From positions 39,720,788-39,784,787 of the forward strand of contig CM120640.1 in the NCBI GenBank assembly GCA_051362555.1: DNA of 64,000 nucleotides. Direction: 5' to 3'. Below the pieces are notes generated by a model, which was not told the DNA's origin, did not search any database, and saw only the letters and a list, made by a program, of their open reading frames with translations. The position numbers were made by a program, and so were the translations under genes. This stretch comes from Lingula anatina (lineage: Eukaryota > Animalia > Brachiopoda). Shown here piece by piece: positions 31,693-63,388 of this stretch. The first letter of the stretch is position 1, and the number at the start of each line of letters is the position of its first letter.

Positions 31693-34600
31693 CGTGGCAC
31701 TACCCACACAAGCGTGGGCCCTTGCCAAATTTGGTGCTTCCTTCACCGGTACAGTATTATACAGCAAAGATACCTGAGGATGGGGCGGGGGCGGGGGCGG
31801 GGGTGGGGTGCAAGGAGCAGAGACAAAATCTCAGCAGGCCAGGCCTGGTACTCAGATATGCCAATCTCGTCTACAAACGGTCTGAATCAGAGCCATCTTG
31901 TATGCCAATCTCCAGAGTTTGCCATTGGATAGACTTCCAGTGATGTACATGTACCAGTGTTGTGCGCACTGACTATACTCATATGTTCCGTGTACAAATA
32001 GTGTACGGCGAAGTCAGCTGGTGCTGCGTTACTTAGCCACAACATTCCACATGCCTCACCCCTTAAAAACCTATGTTATCGTGTTCTTTATCGTACGACT
32101 GGCCGTGCTCTCATGCGCTGTGCCTTGGTTGATTATCTATTATATTTAAATATATATCAGTTGTCACAAAGGATTTTTCCTACTTTACTTATTTTTCGTG
32201 GTTTAATTTTCTCAGAATGGAAATCATATTCAAAAGAAAATGTGTTAAGTAAATGCAAAGGGAAGGCATGCTTCCCTCTAGTATACTTGTATGTGCTAGC
32301 ACTGTGAGCATTGTGTAAAGTTTTTTGCTACTTCTTTAATGTTATTTTCAGACAGCAAAAAGGCTGTCAGATTTGTTTTTGTCCACATTGCCATTTGTAT
32401 AGCCGGGCAGGTTTAATCAAGGCCCATCAAGACAAAGATGAAATGGTATCGTTAGCCATGATAAATTCTCCACGCCAATGTCTTGATGTGTCCCGAGCCG
32501 CCCATAGTTCTTGATTTGCCTTCACTTTGATGTGTAAAATTGTAAATTGGGAAGTAGGAAAGTTCTTGGCAATTTCCTGGTAACACAGAATTGATGGCAG
32601 ATCCAACAGTTGTTGCTCATATGTAAGAGAAGTTGTCTTTTCTTATGCATTGTTATCGTTGTTGAGTAGCCGTAGAATCTCTATTCCTAGGCCAAATAAT
32701 ATGGAAGGAACTTCAACGAAGTTTTATTATCCATTAAGGCTGTTAATTATTTATTATTTTTACCAATTTATTTACTTGGTGTCTAATAGTTGATTCGCGT
32801 TAGCAGTTTATAAACTAAGTGACACACATTTGCTGGTAGTTTCATTGTAGCTTTCCGTACAACGTAGCACGAGTTTTGCTTCTGTTCAAGGCTTGTTGTT
32901 TTATAAACATTGATATAATATTATGCTTTTTTCGTGAAATGTCTTGACAGAGAGCTGTCTCTCAGCATAAATTTTGTATCTTTATTCAATAGGGTAAAGA
33001 GCTTGTCTTTGTTATTTTTCTCTTCAGGGTAAAATTTTGACAAACAATTGCAAATGCCTTTGTGCTTTGAACATTTTAATGGAAACCCCCCGTTATACAT
33101 GTAAGTGCTGTAGGTGACAACGTAACAGTTACATATTCTCTGAGGAAGGAATTTTGTCATAAACATTTTGTCAGGTATAGGACGAGAAATTCTGACAGCG
33201 ACATGGTTGACTTCAACCGCAACGTCATTCTCTGTATAAGTTAGGTTTATCATCCACTGTGACGCTTTAAAATTTTTGTTTCTTAAAATTATAATTATTA
33301 TAATTATTATTATCTCTCCGTCAGGTTCTCAATCTGCATCTGTGACTAACTACCTCACATGTGCTTTTAGGCAAATCGCAAAACTCCTCAACTGTTGTCA
33401 GAAGTGGTAAGAAACCCTTTGTATGTGTATGAAAAAGCGAACAAAATCATTGTGATGTGGTGGCTGCTAAGAACATAAAATAAACACGTATGACTGATTT
33501 TGTATTTTTTGTGGTATGTTGTAACTTGGCCAATTTATCTCACTTAATAACATCGCACAGCTCCATAGTTGGCCAACCCTGTGCGACGTATTCAAAGTAT
33601 TTGACGGGCCTGCTATGCAGCAAAAATTGTTATTGTTTTACATACTCCAATGTATCCGTCTATAAACAAAATACCACTTCGCCGTGAAGTACAGTCGGCA
33701 TGTGAGTGGAATTGTTTCCTTAGTTTCACAAAAGTGTAGTCCATGGAATTACTCCGCGCGTCTGTCTATCTAAGGAACTTTGGTTATTGAAGAGAACTTA
33801 CGAGCAACGTCTTTGCCTTAAGATCAATTCCCCACAATAGGCTATAACACGCGGTTCAATTTGATTAGGCTGATGAATTAGGAGGTTTTGGAGCGCATTG
33901 AGCCCATTTAAGAAAAATTAATAGCCATAGATATTTGCCAAGCCTCAATCTATAGTCAACCTGAGTGTTGCTGCCATGGCATAAATGATAGCGCGGCCGA
34001 GTTTTATTGGATTTGATGCTCAATAATTGAAATAAAAATGAATTGTGTAATTTAGCAAGGAACGTTGCATACTAACATATCCTTGATAGTTTCTGATTAA
34101 CACAATCCCCGGCCCACATTGCCCGGCTAACCAGCTAACCCGCACCGAGACATGCGTTATCAAAAGAGATTATTGACAATTTATTTTTACACAACAGCAA
34201 ATATGATTGATTTTATTAATTTGAGCAATAAATTATCCTTCAATGAAGATTAATTGTCTTAATGAAGTTGTTGAGATCGATCGATAAGTTCGCTGCTGTG
34301 CGGCAAGGGGGTACTAAGTAGCGGCTACGGACGGAAGTGGGAGAAGAGCGTTCTTTTCGTAGCCGTGAAAGTCGACATCTTCTCTACCTTTACCCACCGA
34401 TTAACGGGCATAGTTTAAGGACAGAAACTCCGAATTAACCAATATCTTCTCCTTACATAACCATTTTTACACGAATTAAGATTGACAGATAAATTGTAAA
34501 GAAACACTTTGTTAACATGTACTTAAGTGTTAATAGCTGTCACGAAAAATGATATGAGGGAATCTGGAACATAAAATATTACCGGAGAGAGAATTCGCTC

Positions 34601-37076
34601 ATATAGTTTGTGAAAACTTGTATTAGATTTATCTGCAATTCATTAGGTTTATCTGTAATTTTAAATGACGAACTTCTGATAACGTCAGTGAAATTCATTA
34701 TAGTTCTTTTTTTTTTGCAATCATGTATGTGCAATTTTGTTGTATTCTGTTTTAAGAAATATGGAAATATGGCTGTGTTTTTTTCTTTCAAACTGGAGCA
34801 AATTATTCAGAGGATTTTCGAAAATTTACAGTTTCTGTGAATTTAGATTAATAGTTCGAAAGAAACCACACATTTTGGCGTTTATTTTTCTGAGAAATTG
34901 TAATAACAGACGTTAACTAAAAAAGATAATCATATATTTCCTCTACCACATTCAGAACGGATGGAAATTGGCAAAGCCAAAATATTTTTCTTTAAAAGGT
35001 GCTGATATAAGTGTTGGACACTTCATTGGTGGCAGTTTTGTTGTCCCGCCATATGTAAGCCAGATCGATGGGATAGTATTAAAAGGACCATTTGTAAAAT
35101 TAATAGCAATTGTTGTGTTTAATTACACAGTTAGCCAGATGAACAAAGTAAATCGAGCAGTAGGTCACATATTGTTAGGGAGTTTATTTACAGGTGCGAT
35201 GGAAACCATGGCAACCAAACTGGGTAGGACAACAGCTAAAGGTGGCCGAATACATCATGAATTCCACATTACATCCATTACGAACTACTTAAGGATTATT
35301 GGGTGCTTTTATGTCGCAATTAACACTTGAGATGAAGTGTAATTTTGAATAAAATATCCATTTAATCGTCATAAACCGCATAGGAAAAGTTTAATTATTC
35401 GACCTGCAATGATTGTTATAGGTGAAATCGCTCTGTGTGCATATTAACAGGACATTTTTGAAAGCATGATTTTTTCATAATACCAATTTTAAAAAAGCTG
35501 TTCGCAGATATAAATACTGAGACTGAAAAGCATTATTGTAAATCGGGCGATAGATAAAATATTTGTGTCATTTAAATACTTTTTTAAAATATGGTAAAAC
35601 AATAGTTTTGCATTAAAGTAAAAATTGCAGTATTCATTAAAAAAAAAAACAAAGAAAAGAATACACTGAGGTTGGTCCGATTTTAGAAAATCCTGCAATA
35701 TTCTATTTAAAAACTTTTTCTCTTATTGCTTTGAATAATCGTATAAAATAAAACTGGTATATAAATAAATTAACACACGCATTAATCCTTACTTATTTGA
35801 ATAAGGCAATTTATCTTGGCATGGACCTATTTTCCCAGTAATGAATATGCACATGTTCGAAGAGGAACAAAAATTCGCGGTATCACGCAATGAGTAAATT
35901 TATTTACTGTATAAGGATTTTGCATGAATGCCTGGCGTAATGACACATTCTTGCGATTTTAGAAAGAAAACTTGCAAATATAATGATAAATGTTGATAAG
36001 AAAGCTTGGAATTGATTTAACATTGAATTTGTTTTTTTTTTTCTAAAATAACAGAGGTAGGCCTATATTCATTCAGTTATAAAATATACGTTTAAATTTT
36101 GTGGTATCTAGCCAAATTTTTTCAGCAAGGTTACAAATGGACCGCTTAAAATGGAAATAATCAGTAGGCCAAGAGCTGACTTCTAGAGATAAAAATGATT
36201 ATTTGGAAATTTGAACAACTGTAGTCATTTCGATTTGTCTCCCCTAGTTTTGTGGCTTCGGTGTAATGGAAAAGCCAAGGCCAGCGTAGTTTGTTTAGTA
36301 CATTTAGTACAGGCTACGACTTGAGTAATTTCGGTGTTTTATTTAACGTGTATCTTGTGAGTATAGTTTTATCCTGTTTATCAAAGTTTACACTGTGCTA
36401 CCATGGATATAATCTGGTAACCACAGGAAAAACTTTACAAAAATTAATAACAAAACCGAATTCCAAAACAAATACATTCACAACTTTTTGTATCTGTTTC
36501 TACTTTTATTTTATATTGCACATTTATTTAAGTGTTATATAACCTTATGACGGCACCGACCTTCCCTGCAAGTTTTTAGAGAAGGTTATGTGAATGCTGC
36601 ATCTGTTCGTACATTATAAAAGATACCTGGACAAAAGAGAGACAAAGTAAGATAAAAGCTGATGAATGGTACTATCCCAAGTCTTTCTCGGCGGCCGATC
36701 ATGCTGACACCCTTGGGCCTGCACTATATTAAAACTCATGGAAGAGATACTTAATCCTTCTATTCTTTCGCACAAACAAGGCGCAAATGAAGATTTAAAC
36801 ATTCTCTCGGGGGACCGACGTCGCCTGCTTGACACTCGATATAGAATAAAACAGTTGTAACGGCATAAGAACAGTTGATGATCCGAGCAATAAGAAGTGC
36901 GAATATTGTTTGGAGTAATTTATCAATAATCATCGCAGCATGTGTTGTAAGGCGTGAATAAAAACGTCATCAAATCTCATTATAACAATACGTAGTAATG
37001 TTTATCTTTGTTCACACTACTGTACCCCTAAGCGTACGGAAGGTTATTGAATAATGGAAAACATCTTAACGGCGTA

Positions 37077-37077
<1 letters not shown>

Positions 37078-37118
<41 letters not shown>
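37078..37118. repeat. Poly(A) run of about 41 nt
   Basis: Seen directly. Confidence 0.95.
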
Positions 37119-37122
<4 letters not shown>

Positions 37123-37585
37123 GAATGAATGGTGAAAAAAGAAGGAGCCAATGGACTTACCAAGTGCTGACAAAAAATTTAAGAGCTCTCTAGATCTGAT
37201 TTTTTTCATAAGCTATCACAAAACATTTTGTCATTTTAATTCTACCTCAAAACCGTATCTTAAAAGGCGTTTTAAAATATATATATATATATAACCCTCC
37301 GACAGCTTGTGCAGTTATATACATTACAAAGAAAAGCTCGGATCCGTGGAAGTCTATGAAGTTAGAGTGACATACAAGAGATTGGCACTTAAGTTTCCAA
37401 TTCATTTTTAACCCATCACGTTGAATTTGATCTTAATAGAAATTATGCTATTAATCTCAATATTGTCGCTGAAGAATGATACATGTATCACAGTGTATGA
37501 ATATGCGATGACGATATTTCACCGCCTGTCTCGCCCCCTTGACATGGAATCTTACCAACATGCCATTTGCTTTTGGATCGCACAC

Positions 37586-37590
<5 letters not shown>

Positions 37591-37633
<43 letters not shown>
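37591..37633. repeat. (CA)n microsatellite
   Basis: Seen directly. Confidence 0.95.
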
Positions 37634-37635
<2 letters not shown>

Positions 37636-40215
37636 GTGTGACTAAATTCTCAATATTTCAAACGTTGTTGTTCACTGCTATCCTTAGTTATGAAAATCAA
37701 CATTGAAATTAGAATTTAAATTACTGAAACAGCCTCATACGCACATGCATGTAACAATACAATATAAATGTTCTGAGTAAAAAAATAAACTTTTTTTCCA
37801 TGCCAATAGTTTAAATTCAACATTTTTCATAACAGGGGGACAAAGAAACGTCGATATTTCTTACTTCTCCATTGCGTCCGTTTTCGCAACATGGCAATAA
37901 ACATATACCCCTTTATATAGCTACGTTGGTAAGATCTATGACTCTAAAACTAATAAAATCTTTTCTAAAATTAAAACACTTTGACAAAAATACACCCATC
38001 TCCTGAAGCCCTGCACTCGACGGTCCTCTTGTTAAGAGCTTTCAATAAAGTCCATGTTGTCAATGACTTGGTAATAATATTTTGGACTTTAATTGTTCAT
38101 AAAGACATTAAAAGTATTAAATGCCACTTAAAAGACATTTTTGTACTATCTTAAGTTATCACTTAGCGTCACATGAATAGCTACTGAAAAGAACCTCACA
38201 CCTGCGCTAATTCGCCATATCAGACGACACAATAGGTCCCACTTTTTTCACGATGGCTGCGTCCGTCAATTATGAAGGCTCGTTTAAACGGTTAAGAAAA
38301 AATAACAAGAAAAAAAGAAAAAAATCTTTGTTGTTGATTAGATAGATAGCTAGGTAGATAGATAGATATAAAGGGTTAAGCCACATTCTCTAAAGGTTAA
38401 AATCCTTCAACAAAAACGATGGTTTAAAATCGTCAACATAAACACTAGCCAACGTAGGGAAAGATTATTATTCTTGCGCTAAAGAAAGTCTTCGGATTGT
38501 CTTTAATGCGCATAAAAATGACCATTAATTCTCCCGCGGTACGGATCATGAATACAGACGCTGTAGTTTTGGTAAAGAGGTGTCATGAACGCGGCCACAC
38601 TGCGACAATAACACAAAGCTTGACAAACGTGGAGGATGGAATCATTTAAGATAAATGAAAAATGGATTGCAAATTTAAAATGCGGATAATGCTGCAAAGC
38701 CTTTGCTATACGTACACATAAGATTTGTGTTGATCTAAAAAATTGCATTCACATTGCTTTCATTATAAAAGACAATGCATTACGGTATTAATAAAGGTTG
38801 ATAAAAGATGTGCTATGAAAAATAAAAAAAAAAAAAAACACTGTCAAACTTGCCAGGCAGATTTTGTTTGGGTTTATTTTTATTTTGTTTGAATTATGTA
38901 TTTTTTTCTTTTTCATAAACCCTACAATTAAAAATACAGCCTTTTGTAATATACAGGTTTATATTATACTATCTTTGTATTCTTATGTTAAACACAAAAC
39001 CCATTTTCCTCTTTTCCGTTTTATAAATCAAATTATTCTTCTCTCAGGTGCAAAAAAAACTCAACTGGATGTGTGAAAGTTCTCTTTTCCCTGTCGCTTT
39101 TCTTCTCAGCGCATTCATCGCGACTTGTGCCCCAAGATAAATGTTCTACGAGTTATTGCATCTACGCAGTTGACTGAATTAATGTGCATCTATGGTGAAG
39201 CAAATATTGCGTTTAATTTTAGAGCTTTTTCTATTCAAGTCAGTCCCCAACCACCTGGCCGGGGGAAGACGCAAGGGAAGAAGAAGATAAAGTACAACGT
39301 TTCAGTTGCTAACACGTGCACATGTGTTCACTGAGGGCATCAATGAATCAGCATGGGAGCGCTCATCGTAAACTTAATAATTCTCTTAATAGTTTCTCAT
39401 TTAGTGAATGTAGTGTCTTCCCCTAGAGGAGGGGCGGTTGTAAAGAATTCAGCGTCAGTTTATTAGACATAGGGTGGTCAGGATTGGAGGCACAAGCTGA
39501 GTGCGAACTCATCTGCTCCGTATTTATAGCTAAAGCGACACCCGAGTTACACGTTTGGAAGGAACTTTTCATCACTTTGATAATGTACCTTCATTGGGAA
39601 TACTTCCAAATGCCTGGTTTGGTTTGTGGCTTTAAAGTGACAGTTTTGTTGAAAAATCATTAAAATGTTTCGTTTTCTTATCTGCATGCCTAAGGATGAG
39701 ATTAAGCTGAGGAGATAAACGCCGTGAAATTTTTTGCTTAGGTTGCAGCAAATTGCAGAAGGGTAATTTGGGTTGGATCAAGAAAATTGAACAGCAATCC
39801 CGCAGCGATTTAAAAAAAGTTCCTGCAGTCAGACGGGAAATCAAATACATGTATTTCCTATGACTCTGCGTTGTAGTTAAAACAGTTACCTTAAATTCCT
39901 GGGGTAAATATCTGACCGGTCAGCATAACATTTTGGGAATATGACCTTTTTATTTTGAAAAAACTCAATGTTTTCATTGCTGTAAAATGTCGCTTTATAA
40001 AAAATATCAATTTTTATCGTCATTATTTTGTTGACAAATTCAAAATGACTATCATATCAATTAATTTGACAAATTTTATTTGTTAGTCGGCGTCTTTCAT
40101 TTTTGTGCAAGTTTTCATAATTTAAAAAAAATCTTTCTTTAATGTAGATTTTGAAGACGATGAATTTAAAGTTCACGTTGCCGAAATTACTTTTAAAAAA
40201 CTTCCGTTATATATA

Positions 40216-40333
40216 CCCTCTACCAGGGCCGCAGTTATTATTGTGGACATTTTTTGCTAAAATGACTGTCCATTTATCTATAGACATATCTGTGAATATC
40301 TGTGGAAAATCAATCTGTTGCCCTGGTAGAGGG
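40216..40333. mobile_element. MITE family B, Tc1/mariner-type (TA target duplication)
   Basis: Perfect 14-bp TIR CCCTCTACCAGGGC...GCCCTGGTAGAGGG flanked by TA; related copy at 57158-57284. Confidence 0.75.
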
Positions 40334-41204
40334 TATGTTATATATACAATATACATGTTTATGAAAATGTGTGGCTATTGTGCTTGATTTTTTTTGTGTT
40401 TGCTTATAATGTTTTCATTAAAAACAAAGTTAGTATCTCATAATAAGGGGCACATTCTGAACAATGGAGTGACTTCACAAAATTTTTTTCCTGTTCAATA
40501 AAAAAAAATGAGTGTATCTCTCTCTCTCTCTCTCTCTCTCTTTCTTGAATGCTATGATCAGTTGAAGAATCTGGGTAATTTGTGATAAGGTTTAAAACTT
40601 TAAAAGCTACAGATACCACAGTAGAGTACAAACAATAAGAAACTTGTGGTCAAATTCGCAAAAAAAAAAAATGTGACTTTTTAAACAGGAGTAAAAAAAA
40701 TAAGAGGATTATATTTAGGTATATTTGATAGGTTATGTTATAAACGATATATCATATTTTCGCCTTCATCTCAAATGTGACTATTTGGATGATTTCTGCA
40801 TCAATGGAAATCTCAACCGATATTAGAAATGAAATAAATGTTTTTAACGGTATTGTTATTTCTAATTTTTCTAATCGTTGTTTCAACAAGCAAAAATGGC
40901 AGCCACGACCAGAATAAGGGTAAGAATAACATTCAGTTGTTTCTGCATTTTCTTTTTGGTATAAAAGGTAAAAAATTGATTAAAAAAACTGAGTCATTAT
41001 ACAGAACTTAGATTTGACTATCGAGAGATTTTATCCACCTCAGTTACATTAATTTCCATTAACTTAAATTTTCAATTAAAAAGTTCTTTATTAACCGCGG
41101 AAAATATTTCTACAGAGATCGCGTCTACAGTGCAGAATAAAATGAGCGATTTCACTTTCTATTCCGAATGCTTGCAAGACTTCAGACATAAATTCAGTGG
41201 TCTT

Positions 41205-41350
41205 GAATATTCCCTCACTTTCCTCTTACTTTAAACACATTTTACACCAAATAAATATTACTTTACTTCCCTCTTGCTTTAAACGCATTTTTATATCAGA
41301 TAAATATTTCTTTAATTCTTTTTACTTTAAAACGCACAATTTTACATTAT
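41205..41350. repeat. Degenerate tandem repeat, unit about 49 bp, about 3 copies
   Basis: Recurring ...CTTTAAAC(A/G)CATTTT...ATAAATATT... unit. Confidence 0.55.
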
Positions 41351-42356
41351 GAATATTCTCTCAATTTCTATTACACTGAACTTTTCATTACACCATACTT
41401 TACAATGTACGCATATATAAATAATAAACACGATATATTATTAATTTTAGCTCAGTCTATAAATCAAGTTTACATACTTTTTGATCAGCTGTACCTTCAA
41501 TTGTGCTGTGGTATAGTCTACAATGTGTCTGCAGTGTGTATTCCTCCATACGGAAAGCTTATTTACTCTCCTACGTAAATGTGCATGTACCAGCCGCACT
41601 TTCAATTTCGTGGCTTAAGTCTTTATTTACCTGACTTGATTCTTAGATATGTGAAATACTTTAAGCGTTGCCGTTTAAAAATACACTTGACATCTGATTT
41701 TGTGAAAATATACCGAAACCCACGTAATTGTGAAACCGCTCAAACAACATGGTGAGAAAGCATGCACCGTCATCTGCAATGTAATGCATATGCATGCATG
41801 TATTATTTGACATGATATTATTTATTTATTTATTTATTTTTATTATGTAAGGAATGAAAAATCTAAGAAAACATAAAATAAATTCCTAATGAAAATTTAT
41901 CTGCGTAGTCTGTTGATCATGTAATAAGATTTAACTTTTCCTTTTCTACACTAAATTAAAGCTGTACCTTAATTAGTAACGCACACTTTACAGAGTAACA
42001 CATAAAATCATTTATATTGAACTAATTTGTAGGTTGTTAAAAAAAGTGGGAACATCACCATACAAAAAATTGAACATGGCATTATTTTTCACTGTATTGC
42101 TGTCTGAATACAGACAAAACCATGTTCCTAATTTTCAACTTCTGCCATATTCGTTTTTAGAAAGTTTCTTTTAGAAATACCATACATGCATACAGTGTTC
42201 TATATGATAGTTCAATATTTCTCCCGTTTAAACTTTCTTTTCAATGCAGTTATTTGATTATAACGTCCATAAAATCCGAATCAGATGTTCATTGTGTTAG
42301 AGAAGTTATCCATTCAGGTTGAGTACGGCTAACACAATCACGAATACACAACTCCA

Positions 42357-42501
42357 TGGAATGGAAGTACGGGGTCCCATGTGATAAATACAGGTTAGGA
42401 TAAGTCGGAGTATTGGGGTTAGTATATGGGCCGAATGTTACCCGTGCAAAGTAATTGGGGACGGACTACAGTTCCTAGCGGATTACCATTCCTGTCACAC
42501 C
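42357..42501 (+). mobile_element. MITE family A, 5'-truncated copy 2
   Basis: GGAATGGAAGT..GGGTCCCAT...GGTTAG...CAAAGTAAT...CCTGTCACACC aligns with 15287-15454. Confidence 0.75.
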
Positions 42502-43098
42502 AGTCCGGTCACAATGAACAGAAAATATAACATTACAAAGATTTCTCTTTATTACGCCCAACAAAATGATACAAGAGGAGACAATAGAAAAATAACAATT
42601 TAAAAAAAAGATATTTTGGAAACAAACCGCTTTTTAAAAAGTTCCATTAAAATGTGTACACGATGTCTTAATAAAGCAAATCTGTGTTACAGCGCATTTG
42701 AGGCATCCCAATCAATTACGCAGAGGTTGTGGTATTGTTGTTGATATTATTAAAATAAAGAGTATTATTACATCATGCGTCATCATTTCCATGGCATGAA
42801 CTGCGTCTTTGCTAGTTATAAAAAACGTTAATGAACGGCATATTATGCACTTTCATTAGGGATTACTGTTTTGACATTTGCTAAAACAGCCATCGTTAAA
42901 TAGAGAGGCGAATTTGAAAGCAGATCTTAAATCAACGTGACACTATACACGATACTAGGTTGAGAAAATAATGGCGTTTGATACCTTGGGATTTGTATCA
43001 AAAGCTCAGTAATGAATTAAATCGTGTATCAAATAACTGTACAAATGGCACCAATATTCTGACACAGTCACGCCAGTCACGCACGGGAAAGGTCAAGG

Positions 43099-60058
<16,960 letters not shown>

Positions 60059-62842
60059 TGCTGCGTGCTGCGTGCTACTGCTAGTTTGATTGATTAAACT
60101 GGATATGCAACAGAAGTCCCACTAGAACTGAAGTCAAAGGGTTAGATTGCCGATATTATTACCAGGCAACATTATTTAGTACGATCCAATAATACCGCAT
60201 GCTGACGCGGTCTGTATTTTTGACCTAAATGTTGCTGCACCTTAACACTGTCTAAGTTGTAGCTGTATGTCCCACTACCGCACGAAAGTCGAATCAACAC
60301 CTTAGACTTCCTCGTGAAATATATACTTCAAAAGAGTGTGTGCTGTACGGAACAATGGGAAGCCATACCTCCTATCCGCCTGCCATTCACGTCCCTTTGT
60401 AGCTAAATCAATACCAGCCAGTACGCATTTGTCCCGCTGAATCTACATTGTGGAATCGCAATGTGCACCAGGTATTTCAATTACAATGACTGACGCGTGT
60501 ATAGACTTAAAGGCCGCTGGTTGAGAGACCCTTTTGTTCAATGTGGATGGACTAAGTTTTCGTCCTACCAGCTATACCGTGACGACAGCACTGCGACGAC
60601 TTGGTATGACGCTTGCCTATATCTGCACGACACGGTTGACCAAGATAATTGATGGAGATGGGCAAACGTTTCACCAATGAAACATTTACCGCGTGAACGA
60701 CTGCGACTGCTTAGTATGTTTTGTCATCCTTTAATCATGGGGGACAGCGCTAAATGATGGCTATGCGGTCATACTTAGAAGTATGTCAAAATGACATCGG
60801 TCACGGTGTCTTGTCATGGTATTTGTGGAGGCAGAGTGCTTATGTTTTATCGCTCTGTTTTATCAGCTATTTATGTTCGCTCTCATGCTAATTATTTGAA
60901 TGTATTTTGGTATTATGATTCTCTACAAAAAGTTGAGTTAGACATGTCATATCCCCTAAAACAGGCAATTGCACGTTAGATAAAGACAACCAGATCAACG
61001 AACTCAAGTCCAAGAGTATTAGTGCAATGAGAATTTTACGTATGGATTTGTTAAGTCCTTTGAGAGAACACGTTTTGTTTTTGTATATGGGTTATAGAAT
61101 ATTAAAAACCTGTCAATATTTAATTCCTCAAGCCATACTTCATATTTCTAAAATAACCTTTGATTCATGTTGCGCTTGATAAGTGATGATAATAGTGGTG
61201 ACTGGATTGCCTTTCCAAAGCGGGAAAGAAGACTTTTAGTAAGCTACATTTATAAATTTCTGTTTAAATGCTGTTCTTGCTTATGTATTAAGCGAGTATT
61301 TTAATGTCCTTTCCTGCGTTATTTTATACTTACTTTTATACCAGACTTACAGGTGAAAATAATAAGAAGAAGAAGAAGAAAAAGAAAAATAAGAAGAAAT
61401 CTAAAAATTGCCCAACTTTCTATGCTTTTTTCAAAAGAGTGGCTAATATTTTATTTAGTCAAAGCTATTTATCATTGTCTCATTTGAGTTGTTCATTATG
61501 GATGTGGATTTGTCGTTATCAAAAACATATACCTGACAGTAATTTAGACGTTTTTGGCTAACCATGCATGGCACCTTAACCGTATTCAACCGGTCATGAA
61601 ACAGGCGCCACGACAAAAGCTTTTTAAAAAATTACAAAATCAGTTTAGATTCATCGGGACAAATACCAGTCTAATGATGCCATTTATCCGCCAAAGCACC
61701 ACTGCCAAGATTGGCAGATAAGTACCATGAATAATGATGAATATTCTGTAGCACAGAAACTGGGTCACGGTGAAGACAAAATTGACAAATCTGGCATCAA
61801 TGTCTTAGACAATATACATGTATAGACAATATAGGTATACAAAGCATCTCTCGACTCACTCCGGACATTACGACCCTATGAAACAAGGGGCCTCTGAAAT
61901 AGCATAAGGAATTAAAGTATTAGAGGTACAATAATTTTATTACCGACTACTAGCACACCATGTGGTCAGAGAGAAGGACATTCCCCGCTCTGTTTAGACG
62001 TGATTACTGTATACGACATACTCGTGTTTGGTTCATTTTATCTGGTCCAAAATAGAAATTGAATGTTTGATTATGAAAGTGGCAGTGTCCTAAACAAGAA
62101 ATAAAAACTGCTGTATTAAGAATTTGCCAAATGAGATTGGCTGTTTTTGTGATTACGCAGTTGTCTGAAGACGTCAATTTTGCATGCAATGATGAATTTT
62201 TTGTCGTTAATCTTTTCAGTTTATGAAGTAGTGATTATATCCTTAAAGTTTCAAACAGCGAAATAACTTAATAGACCTGCAGATACAATCATGGTTAATA
62301 TATATCCATGAAATGCTATGAGGATAATTATTCTCATATCCAACCTAATTCCTGCCCCAAACATATCAAACATTCAGACGCTTTTCATAAACGAAGACAA
62401 TTAACTTGTCAAATTTAAACGGAGATCAATTTACATGCACATTACACTGTCCTAGACAATCATCTTAGGGTCATGTACAATTATAGTTGTCGGATCACCC
62501 GAGGCTTCCTTATCGTGAGAAACTGGAGTGATGGCCGTTAACTGCGGATGACAGGTACGAGAGTAGATTAAAAAGGACACAGATAAAATCTCAACCATAT
62601 CTATTAATCAGGTTTTTGAAATAAGGCGTTATAGTTTTTTCATTTAGTGGACGAGGGTTTAGAAAAGTAAAATCGCATAACATGTAATCATATTTTATTT
62701 ATCATTTGCACCTGGTAACAGTGGTTTTTGTGATCAAATGTCATTGTCTTTATTTTTCAAGGTTCTTAAGATGCAGGAAGATATATGTGCATACCATTTA
62801 ACAAACTGTGCCTGGTCACCTGGACCTGGTTTTACACAAATA

Positions 62843-63092
62843 GGGGAGACCGGGGCTAGATGGACCCCGGGGTAAGTAGGCCCCTCATCAAGTTTCTTAA
62901 ATAAAGTTACTTTAAGATGCTAAATTATTTCATTTGGACTCACTGCCAACGCTTTCTTAGCACTATTGGATACGGTCACTTTACAAAATGATGTGATCAA
63001 TTCTTTTACCCCATAGTTACGTTGTCATAAATTGATGGGGGGGGGGGGGGGGGGGCAACTTACCCCGGGGTCCAACTAGCCCCGGTCTCCCC
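62843..63092. mobile_element. Tc1/mariner-pogo-type MITE with long TIRs and a TA target duplication
   Basis: GGGGAGACCGGGGCTAG.TGGACCCCGGGGTAAGT... and its reverse complement ...ACTTACCCCGGGGTCCAACTAGCCCCGGTCTCCCC, flanked by TA. Confidence 0.88.
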
Positions 63093-63388
63093 TACTTAAG
63101 TCAGGTTCCTTGCTAATAACTCAATTTAAACGTTTCATGGTCACATGCTCACATCTTACCCTATCAGGAACAGTGTTACAACACTTTCATGGAAATCCTA
63201 GTCAACTAAGCCAGGTAAGGAACTGGCTAAAGTTTTTTTTCTTTTTGAAACTGCATGGGTCCTGGCCCCATTATACTGCTTATCTTATCGTATATTCGAA
63301 TTGTTCATAAAGCCATTATGTTTCGAAGGCTATCCCTTACTTATTTTCTTTACTTCGTGATTACAGATTCAGACATGGGGAAAACTTT

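Noticed and set aside
37078-37118. Poly(A) tail of a retroposed element
   Set aside because: No recognisable upstream SINE/LINE/pseudogene body or TSD.
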